NCBI GenBank assembly: GCA_003990765.1
Contig: RBNJ01000010.1
Location: 46,507-66,506, forward strand
From: Jimgerdemannia flammicorona
Lineage: Eukaryota
Direction of reading: 5' to 3'
Length of the DNA stretch: 20,000 bases
Part shown: positions 10,564 through 20,000 of the stretch, one piece after another
Position numbering within the stretch: position 1 is the stretch's first letter
How the letters are laid out: every line of letters starts with the position of its first letter
Notes under the pieces: model-generated
Seen by the model: only the letters and a program-made list of their open reading frames with translations
Database searches by the model: none
Told to the model about the DNA's origin: nothing
Made by a program: the position numbers and the translations under genes

Positions 10564-10709
10564 AAATCAATATGCCTGATTTGGTACACCTGGTTATTTA
10601 TACAAATTGTAGTGCATGTGGTTAACTATGTGGGGTAACTATGCTATGTGTTCTTTGTACATCATCTGGCTATATTATAGTGTTCGCTCATCACACTAAT
10701 AAGGTCACG

Positions 10710-10742
10710 ATTGCCTTATGATTGCCTTATAATTGCTTTATT
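10710..10742. repeat. 3 x 11-bp tandem repeat ATTGC(C/T)TTAT(G/A/T)
   Basis: ATTGCCTTATG ATTGCCTTATA ATTGCTTTATT, read directly. Confidence 0.8.
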
Positions 10743-11214
10743 ATAATGGGTGCTGCAAGAGATGTTCTAAAGATTAGTCTCACTCATCGGTTACTGTATC
10801 CAAATAATTAGTTTGCTTCCTTTTACAGCTTTTCACAATTGATTTGTTTTTTCTCCTATCTCTCTGGGCGGGGGTGGGAGCTTTGTAAGATCTCTAAATG
10901 ATAGCTCGATTGGGAAGTTCAAATACTCCAAACATTGTATTGTAATTACACTGTGATCAGATGGGGATAGCCTTGGTGTGGCACTTTCGCTTTGGGCGAT
11001 AACAGGAGTTGAAACAATAGGAGCTAGTGCAATAGACGTTGAGAATGTGCAACAGTTTTATATCCAATAGTTGCCGGGTCGTATCCGCGGAGACGTATAT
11101 ATATACTATTGAAAATTCGATGGCACAGCGTTTTGGTCGTTTAACGTTCCAAACCAGAAGTTCACATACATATTTTCTTAATTTGGCACGATATACATTG
11201 TCTATAACTGGTCA

Positions 11215-11750
11215 TTACACAGCATATTTGGGTAACTTTTCTGTGCTCACGGCACCAGGGTTATAGTGGCTAGCAAAAAAAAAAAAAAACCTGTGTTCGA
11301 GTCTGCACCAATTCCGTCACCGATGTGCTCCAAATAAACGTAGATCGCATACTTGCAAGGTGATTTTTTCTCTTGACCATGATCTGGGACCCCTTTTCGA
11401 ACGTAAAAGATCATTTCCAGATCCAGATTCAGATCAAGCAACCCCAATCAATACTTACGTAATAGAATCCGCGTGATGTCTGTGCAAATACCAGGGCGGG
11501 TTGTTTCGAAAATTATTGGTGTGGCGCCCTGGACCCATTCTGTCGTATCTCTTAGCAGCGATAATGCTATAGATCTAGTTCGCATGAATGGTCAATAGTT
11601 GAGAGTATTTGGTGGACCCAGTAATGTGCCTCCGTCCACAAAACTCAGAGTATATACAAACTTGAGCTTCCCATTTTTCTGTCGGCTCGGGCAAGGGGAC
11701 GACCACGAAGTGGCGCTTGTATGAACTACCAGTGATCAGTGATAAATGGG
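11215..11750 (-). CDS. Candidate small multi-exon gene or gene relic of unknown function; 5' end unresolved
   Basis: Three consecutive intron-like segments: GTTTGT..TAG (11661-11575), GTAAGT..AAG or CAG (11458-11393 or 11384) and GTATGC..TAG (11352-11270). Sizes are similar to the introns of neighbouring genes, and the spliced frame stays open to TAA at 11215-11217. No homology recognised. Confidence 0.3.
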
Positions 11751-12737
11751 CTAAGGACAATGTCGACCAACTTTATTTGTCGGTTTTCACCCGTTTTTTT
11801 TTTTTTATTTTTTTATTTTTTTTATCTCAAACATTGGGATGTCATAATATCCCTGTCCTGATGACATACAAAAAGTACCGACATTTCATAATCAAAATTC
11901 TTATTCTCGACGGATTGTCCAACCACAAAGAAATGGGTTCACTCGATCAATATCTATTCGCCGCTCTGTAGGGTTTTATGTGCATATGCGTTTTCTTTTG
12001 TTTCTCACCCTAGGTTTCTCCACGTTTTCTCGCCTCTACTTTTGGCAAAGTTATCCATATTCGTCTGACTAGCAGTACGACCTAGTTGTCTCGGCAATGT
12101 TGACAAGCCGGTTACACCAGCGGATACAAAAAAACCGGCATCACGGTTCCATAGGTCCATGTATGAGATCGAGTGTCACAACTCAAGGGTTCTGCTGTTG
12201 GATAATTCACGGTTGTTCTTGCAAAAAATGCCCGTGCAAATTACAGCGTCGTTGGCGTAATCGTACGTTTTATTTTTATACCACGCCATATTCGTCATTT
12301 CGACATTTCTCGAAACACTTTAATGTATTGTTGTTGTCGGTGGCTACCGATACTGCTCTCGACGATTTTTGGGGTTCTCGGATGATACATTTTCTCCAGG
12401 AAAATGATTTCTTCTGTGAAAGCCCTTGCTCTACGGAAAAACAAACCCGATGCGAGGTCAGACCCGCCATGCTAGTCCAACTCTTTATGGCAAATTCGAC
12501 CAAAAAGACATGATGCATGGTGAAACCAACCAAACTTCGGCTCAGAAATTGCATGTCCCATCAAAAACATCAAAACCCTTTCTGGGAGAAAATGATCAGA
12601 CTGTTTTTTTTTTTTTTTCTCGGACAATGGTTTGCTATGCAGCGATCCTAATTTGCACAGGATTGCTGTTCTTGGCCAAAGGGCTCCACCGCTTCGAGAA
12701 CTCACTTCCTTGTAAGCTTCCTATCCGACTTGTTAAA

Positions 12738-12769
12738 GCCTCATTTAGGGTTTGCCTCATTTAGGGTTT
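12738..12769. repeat. Perfect 16-bp tandem duplication GCCTCATTTAGGGTTT x2
   Basis: Read directly from the sequence. Confidence 0.85.
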
Positions 12770-13354
12770 GGTTCCGTCGCGATGTCTTCAATTTCTTTCA
12801 TTTCCGATGACTCAGTGGGCCATTTTGTCCGATCGCAAGGGCATGTGAATAGTCCCAGCCTGGCTTGTTCCGGCCGTTTTTCGCTTGAGAGACATGTGGG
12901 CAACATTCATCAAAAAGCCGAAATTGCTGCAGGTGCAGAAAATATATTGAGAGATGTAATGATACTTCTATTTATCAATGAGCGAGGTGTGAGACCCAGA
13001 CATGGATACAGACAAACGGCGTACAAAATCAGGAAGTATACAGCATAGCGGTAGAACAAGTGGTCCCAGATAGTTGAAGGTTCCAATGAACTTTGCACGC
13101 GGGGATATTCATAGTTAAATGGAAGCTATATAACCCAAGATGCCATATGTACAAATTATTCGAGACAAGAAAAATTAACAAAAAGAAAAGAAAAGCTTTT
13201 GTTGGTAGGTTAGTCTACTTGCGCATCGACTAAGGCAAAAAATTATCTTATGAAGGAGAGGAAGGAGTCGAAGCAGCAGTGTAGAATTGTTCATAAGTCA
13301 TCGATAATAAAATAACCGAATGTGGCTCAGAAACGACCTCCGTAAGCACCGAAT

Positions 13355-14734
13355 TTAATAGTGGCAGGCGCTTCCGTTCTGCTTTTCAAGTCCCATCATC
13401 TTGGAAGGGGCGTCACCTGCATGGAGCATCGAGGCAGAATAGGGTGCCATTTGTGGGTAACCATTGGGAACTCCGTAAGGTTGTGGAAAGGCTGACGCGG
13501 TCGGTGCCCCCGTTTGGAACGCAAGCTTGACCAGCATCGGACCCGAGGTGCGCGCCTGTTGAGGGCCAATATGTAAATGCTCCACTCCAGGCAACGAGAT
13601 GGGCCGAAGGGTGATTTGTTCGGGCTGCTGTGGGGAATGATACCCGTTGGGCGAGTTCGGCACGGAGTAGGTACGAGGAGCTGACGTAGGGTACATGCGC
13701 GGAGAGCTGGGGAGCGAACAGGGCGATCTGGGGAGTGCAGGTATCGACAGGTTAAACTGATGGTGAGGCTCGAGCGTGGCTGCCGGGGTCAGTGTGTCGG
13801 CGGAGTTGGGATGCTTTTGGTACCGGGTGTATATTCCGAAGGGGCTTGCGGGATCGACTGGTTCGAGATGAATCACCGGGACCGAAGAGATGGCTGGTGC
13901 AGGGGACGTCTTGTCAGTGTCCTCATTGGACACTGATTTCTCGACTGGTTCTGGAGTACGCGGACTAGATCCGTCTCGAGTAACCCCCAGTTCCTGACGT
14001 AATGAGCGATTTTCAGATTGCAGTTCCTAAATTGACATATGTCAGTGAGATTAGATTTGGAAGAGTGATTGAAATGATAATCTAGAGGACGAAGGAGACT
14101 AACCTTGATATGCTCCAACGCCAGTCTCAAGATGTTGCCCTTGTTTGGCTTCTGGCCAGGTTGGAATGCGTTAGGCACAACCTCGGAGATTTCAAAAATT
14201 GTGTGGTTAATATTGTCTCGGCGGCGCCTTTCCACGTAGTTGTGGTTTTCACGACGACGCTTGAGACGCTCCATCGCAACGTTGCTATCCAAGCTATTCC
14301 TGTAACGCAAAATACCAAATATATTTATATTGGTCAGATCGATGACTGATAATGACGTATTTTACATAATACCGCCGTACGCACCTGTTCAGAATATTGA
14401 CGCCATTAACTTTGTACGTGGTATTTTTCTTCGCCTTCGGTTTCTTCTTGGTGGCCGTCTGAGGCGACAGATCAGGCGTGAAATTCAGGAACAGTGGCTG
14501 ATTGCTATTTATGCGTTCCTTGATATCAAGTTCATCATCATCGGACACTTCTTCGTCATCTTCAAACCGGGGCGAGGAGGCGCGGGAGGAGGGCGCCGAC
14601 GAGTCATAGTAGGTGAAATCGTAGACAGATGGATTGTGGAGAGTTGGGGGGTGCGAGGCGGTGATGGTGAATTGGTGTTGTCCTTTCGAGAAGGTGTTAG
14701 AGAACGTCATGGTGGAGTCGATGGCAGGAGACAT
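13355..14734 (-). CDS. bHLH(-ZIP) transcription factor, USF/MiT-TFE/Rtg3-like E-box binder, 405 aa; exons 14734-14385, 14299-14104 and 14026-13355
   Basis: Basic-HLH RRRENHNYVERRRRDNINHTIFEISEVVP..KPNKGNILRLALEHIK is spliced to a short zipper ELQSENRSLRQEL. Introns are GTGCGT..CAG (85 nt) and GTTAGT..TAG (77 nt), each with a CTGAC branch motif. Phases are consistent (350+196+672 nt). Confidence 0.93.
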
Positions 14735-14787
14735 CCTAGGCTAGTTTGAGGGTTTTGCTACAGGAGCGGGCCCAGTGCGGGGCGGTA

Positions 14788-14794
14788 TTATATA
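14788..14794 (-). promoter_or_regulatory. Putative TATA box of the bHLH gene
   Basis: TATATAA on the minus strand about 54 nt upstream of the ATG, in a GC-rich context. Confidence 0.45.
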
Positions 14795-16640
14795 GGAGAG
14801 GGCGTTTGTTAGTGACAGATGGAAATCAAGGAGTAATAAGCCAGATGGAGAAATACGAACACATGCGCCATTTTATTTTATTTTTTGTCCTTCTAGGAAT
14901 GGACGGTCCGTTTAGTCAATTTGTCGGAGCACATGGCTAGTTTTGCTCCAAACCGCACCCTGATAATTGGTGGTACAGCTGGACGACGGGACCGTGTAGA
15001 TTGTAGTTATTTTTGCCCGATGAAGGATAATCCGTTAAAAAAAGAGATCATCTGACATAGCCACAAATGTCGGTGACCACCTGGATTTATGACGAGTATT
15101 CCGTATTCCTTGCACGGTCAAATGCCGGAAATTTGAATCCCAGCTAACCTGTTTAGAATATATGTATAATCGTGCTGGAAATACTATATCGGCGACACTT
15201 ATTCTGTAACACTACATTACATAGGAGCTGTGGATCGGTAAGTACATGTCCACATCGAAAAGCTCCAAAGTTCTGGAGCACAAGACAAATAGGGTGCCAA
15301 CAACGATCGTCATGTTTATACGGCGCCTGCAAGTAAACGGGCCGCATAACATCACATGCACCAAGCAATGAACATTCATTTCACAGTCAGCTCAGCCCGG
15401 CTCGGGGCGCTTCTTCGATGCTTCTGCCATTAAAGAACGGCATTCAAATCGGGAATAGGTTACAACGAAGAGAATATGGCAAAACAAAATATATTTAGTA
15501 ATTCACTAAGGGACGATTCCAACCCAGACATGGGTTCCGAGGCTTTCATTGACAAAGTGCGGAAGCACCCTGACGCAGCCGCATGATTTGTTTTGCGCAC
15601 CTGTGCCAAATTTCGTGAACATTATCATGTGCATAATTTGGGTGAAGGCAACAAATAGAAACGCCGCGCCCGGCAATTTGTGGTCGGCCATCTCGCATCT
15701 AAGCCGATCCGAAACGTGTTGAAGGCACCATACAAACGCGGCTGTATTTCCCAAATCATCGTTGGCAAAATTGGTTCTTGTCCTCCCAAGGCACCGAGGG
15801 TCATAGCCTTTCCCGAAATGTCCGCACCTGTCATTGGCCCAAATCGAACATCATTTGCTTGCTAGCCACTGGGAATCCAAGCCGTTTGGTGCAGTGGAAG
15901 ACCCCATTTCTATTGGAACGAATATACCCAGTTTTAGTTTTAGTTTGTTTTGTTTTTGGTTTTTTGTTTTTCCCTGTAGCCTTCCATTTGATATCTGCCT
16001 TTGATTTAAACCGAGCCTCACGGAGACAAGCGCCATTGGCTAAGACGTTATGCAGTTTGTGTCATATTGAATCTGCGGTATGATGTGCGCCGAAAGAATG
16101 GAAAAATGACGGGAAGGACTGGTAAAATTACGCGCACGTCCTGCTCCGTCCCGTCGGGCCCACGGCGATGGTTTGTAGTGTCCGTGCTCGGTTGTTGACT
16201 GACGTCAGGGTGGAGCACGTTTTACAGTTGGGCCCAGCCGCCTTTTGAACCATAACAAGGAGTGAAGCGGTCTCCTCACTGCAACACGCATTCCCAGGCA
16301 GCGAGATGATTCGGCAGAAGAGTGCCATATGCGGGGAAATAATTACGGTTTACAAGATCTGATAAAAACGGAACTAAATAAATGCGGAACCAAAAAAAAT
16401 CACGCTTTCTTTAGCTCCGTGGTGCAGTACAGATTCCCTGGACTGGGCAGCTTCTCAATGGTCCATAGCACGCGGACATCAAGATGCTAAATGAATGTTG
16501 GTAGGCCGCTCGATGGTACTTGCATGCGGACACAGACTGATGTTTAGCGAGTCTCCTCACTCCTATCCGACCTCGCGGTGATCGAGCCAGATACGCCGAG
16601 ATGGTCAGATGTAACCTTGATAGCATCTGTGGACATGCTC

Positions 16641-16642
<2 letters not shown>

Positions 16643-16672
<30 letters not shown>
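16643..16672. repeat. Poly(T) homopolymer, 30 nt
   Basis: Read directly; the longest of many A/T tracts in the host half. Confidence 0.9.
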
Positions 16673-16673
<1 letters not shown>

Positions 16674-18833
16674 GTGCCAGCGCCCAGGTATATTTGCGTG
16701 TATTACCAGATGGTCGGCCCAACCGCAGAGGTATAAATGCCAACAACGACTGTTCCAGTTGGTATTTCTGTTGCAAAATGGTGAATCAGGGAGAAAAATG
16801 ACAAGATAGGGCCACATGGTCCGTGCCGATAAAGTTATTGGAGGGGTGTCCAGATGTTCGATGACCGTGGGGCGTATAGAATTAAAAGACGCAATATATA
16901 GATTAGAGTAAAGATAAACATAAAATATCCCGAAATCCACACACATGAAGATAAGAAAAATCACGTTCAAAAGCTGCTTTGCACCGCTCGAAAAGGCAGA
17001 TGGCCAACAGCTATCATGCCATACACAAAAATTATCCATGTACCGTCCGCGCCCCACCCCACCCTACCCGACTCTCGTGAGACGCCACGTACGCGTACAA
17101 ACATCAATATAAGTTTGGGAAACCTGATTTAATGTTCCGTGGCGCCCATCTTTCCTGTTGGCGGTGTCACGAATCGGGGGAGGGAAACACGATCGCTCAC
17201 ACCCCGCCGATCCGCACCCCTGTAGAAGGCCACTCTATACTCCGAATCTCCGAATGGCGCGATGAGGGATGGGACGGAGATTATGTGTGGATTTTTTTTA
17301 TTCCGATTCCTATTTTATCACCACGAGGACTTTAGCTCCATTCCCGAATTATCCACGATGCCCGAATTCCCCGCATCGTGCTTCTCAAGATTGCGTAACA
17401 CTGGGCCCCTGAGGCAATGGTGGGTACAGCAAAACGCTCTGTCCCCCATCCTCTGGCACCGTAGCTCCCCACCTTCCTCTGTAAAGTCATCGAGTCTTTA
17501 AGTCATTGTGTGAGAGTATCGTATTCTATCCCCCGTCGAATTCTTACGGCTCCAAGGCATCAGGCCATTCGTCGCCGCTCTAGCCTGGAATGGGACTAAT
17601 AGCCACGATGCTTGCATCTGGGTTTCCAAAGCCCCTCGCGCCATAATCCGGTTTGAAAAAACTTGAAGCATGGACCGGCGTTACGTCATATTGGGTCATG
17701 ATGATTTGAAGTCTGTCCGTGGCAACTGGAGACCTCTGCTAAAGACACCATTTTGGTAACCTGGACTCGAGCTCGAGCAATAAAGGTAGATCGTGCTCTT
17801 CCTGGTTACTCTGACTTGTTGTCGCACGGCACCTCGCTTATTGCACATAGCAGCTACTCGAAAAAACGCCTCTCGGACAAAAACGTTGCCCTTAGTGATG
17901 CTCTTCAACACCCTCAAACCCTCATACCCCAAACGTGAGGATACAAGCCTCATTTGATGATAAATTCTGAATCTTGTAGTACAATTGCTTGGGAATCGGA
18001 ACCCGTCACCGGAACAGAGGGATACCAGGGTTCGACGGCTAATAAAGAAGAAAAACGAAGGATACACTTGACGACCAGTTACGACCATTTGGCAATATAT
18101 CATCGTAAGGGTCATGCATCCTACAGTGTGGGATGCGACATGACAAGCGGGCACTGACAGCAGTGAGGATGCAATGGGCTCTCTCTTCATGCTAGAAAAG
18201 ATGTCCAGTTACTTTGTTGGATTGGTTTGAGGGAAAATACTTTCTTGACCCCTAACGTTTTTCATAAAAAAAAAGTGCGTGTTTTTAAGTGTTGACGAGT
18301 TTCGTCTCATAAGCGAAATGAAATTTAGGAGGCCAACCGTATCGACCCGACCAGCCAAATCAACCCCACCCCATTTCGGTTTCCCAATTTTAGTCCACTG
18401 TATTTCTACAACTGTTTATTATTGTAAACGACATAGAAAGCATGGAGGAACGGCATGCTGTTGAACAGGCAATATCTGCGCCATCTAATTATACACGTAC
18501 TCTTACTGGCCTAAGAAAACAAAAAAAGGTGGAAAATTTAAATTGCATGTGCGTTAACTATTTCGCAGTTACTTCAAGGTGGAAAAGTATGGGAGACGTA
18601 AAAAGATGAGGGAAAAAAAAAAAAAAAAAATCTTCGACACAATGTAATGCAGAGTTTGTTCAGGACTGTTGAGACAAATCTAGGAAATCCTGTAAACATA
18701 TAAAAGGAACTTTATAATAACTCGAGAGGAATAACAGCTAACGTGGGGTCCCCTCCCTAAAAAGAGCAATAAAACGAGAACTCTTAAAGAAACCGGAAAA
18801 GTCCACACCGTCACTTTCCTACCGAACCCTCTT

Positions 18834-19985
18834 CTAGACCAGATCTCCATCCTCAGCCTCCAAATCCACCGCCTCGATCTCAAAATCGCTCAGACCCCGC
18901 TCACTCCCCCCATTCGCGCTCACCTCCACCTCCTCCCCATTCCCACTCTCAACCTCTTCCTCCACCACCACGGCCTCAACCTCGCTAGGCTTCCCGCCGC
19001 CGCCGAATCCCATCACAACCTCATCCCACTCGACTTCCTCCTTCTCAACCCTATTGGCCTCAGCCTCCATCTCCTCGGGCGGAATCTTGGTCATCGACAA
19101 TCCCATCCTCTTCGGGTTTCTTCCGGTTTCCCTGTCCCTTCCCCTTCCCCCTTCCTTTTCCCTTTTCTCCTCCTTCCTCTCCTTCTCCACCCTACTCCTT
19201 CTCTTCTCGCGCACTCCCTCCTCCTCCAGGCCAGGCACGCTCGGTGTGCTTCTGCTCCTCACGGGCGCGGGAATTGATAGCGGCCCAGGACCGGGAGGCG
19301 GCGGACGAGCGTCGGCGAGGTCGTGCGCCGACGTGAATACTAGGCCCTTTCGCCATGCGAATCCCGACCCCGTCACTAAGTCGTGCTCCCCCACGGATGA
19401 CCGGTGGTGCCGTGGGTGAAGCGGCGCAAGCAGATCAGCGTTCGCTTGCTCGGGGGATTGCGCTTGCTTGTCTTGATCGGCTTGTTGAAGTGTCTCAGCT
19501 AGACGGCGAAGGCGGAGGCGATAGATGATCGCGTCAATCGTTAACTCGATTTGAAGGTGATTCTTCATGATTGAAACCTCTGGTGTAGGGGTGGCAGGAA
19601 AAGGTGGAAGCGTGAGAATCAGAGGCGTAAATGAAATGTACGGCCAAGCAGTCCCCTAAAAAGATGAATCGCAAAACTCACTTGGCCACGCCGCCTGCTC
19701 TCCCCTAATCGTAGCCTCAACAACCATCTTCGGCGTCGGATTTGACAGGATATTCACGAAATCTGCGTATCCAATATCGGGCACGATGGTGATATCCCCA
19801 TAGTACCGTTGTGACATGATAGCCTGAACCTTGCAGAAGAAGGATGGGAAGATGCCCAACTCCGTCACCTGGTGGCATCGATGCTGGATCTCGGATCGAG
19901 CCAGAAACATGGCGAACGCCGCAAACTCGTGCAGCTTCGATGGGTTTAGTGACTTTTGGAGGAACGGGATTACGTGCGGGTTCAC
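18834..19985 (-). CDS. TGL4: 3' part of a patatin-like triacylglycerol lipase (Tgl4/Tgl5/SDP1 family); exons ~19985-19682 and 19579-18834; 5' part outside the window
   Basis: VNPHVIPFL..SQRYYGDITIVPDI..ILSNPT..GEQAAWP is spliced (GTGAGT..CAG, 19681-19580, 102 nt) to KVSIMKNHLQIELTID. This matches the conserved C-terminal block of the family. The symbol is family-level only. Confidence 0.88.
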
Positions 19986-20000
19986 TTTTTTTTTTTTTTT

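Larger units (their letters stand above)
7100..10680. mobile_element. Unclassified decayed repeat-like sequence interrupted by the Tc1 insertion (segments ~7100-7791 and 9396-~10680)
   Basis: No CpG seen, TpA-rich, stop-riddled frames on both sides of the Tc1 TA target site. No domain confidently recognised. Confidence 0.45.

Noticed and set aside
11262-11312. tRNA or SINE, from A-box-like TAGTGGCTAG and B-box-like GTTCGAGTC
   Set aside because: The two boxes are separated by a poly(A) run; no anticodon arm or acceptor stem can be formed.
12184-12428. hAT-like MITE bounded by CAAGGG..CCCTTG
   Set aside because: Only a 6-bp perfect inverted match, no 8-bp TSD, and CpG content like host DNA.
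12752-13048. C2H2 zinc-finger fragment (LERHVGNIH)
   Set aside because: There is no correctly spaced CxxC pair; likely chance.
14110-14940. Plus-strand ORFs overlapping the bHLH gene, and similarly 19054-19419 over the lipase gene
   Set aside because: They are antisense shadows of well-supported minus-strand exons.
17696-18190. 164-aa ORF with faint resemblance to a copia GAG-pre-integrase segment (RLGYEGLRVLKSITKG)
   Set aside because: It lacks the WH..GH and CxxC residues and has no adjacent integrase; the DNA is not CpG-depleted like the real repeats here.

Overview
Fungal nuclear DNA, inferred to be Mucoromycota-like from the protein motifs and the 77-102 nt introns. The window has two sharply different halves. 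Positions 1-~10680 are a nest of dead transposons: an L1/Tx1-type LINE (minus strand, runs off the left edge), a Ty3/gypsy gag with a probable LTR, an unclassified decayed element, and a complete 1600-bp Tc1 (DD34E) element with 227-bp TIRs. This block is almost free of CpG and shows heavy C>T/G>A damage. Positions ~10680-20000 are CpG-rich host DNA with a 3-exon bHLH-ZIP transcription factor gene (minus, 405 aa), the last two exons of a Tgl4/SDP1-type patatin lipase gene (minus), and a possible small spliced gene near 11.2-11.75 kb. The strongest signals are a repeat-restricted, RIP-like mutation pattern and a Tc1 TIR architecture whose inner binding sites are inverted rather than direct. In that pattern the two TIRs differ by 10 substitutions, all transitions and mostly at CpA, and the CpGs that survive in the LINE lie in TCG/CGA context. 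All counts were made by eye.
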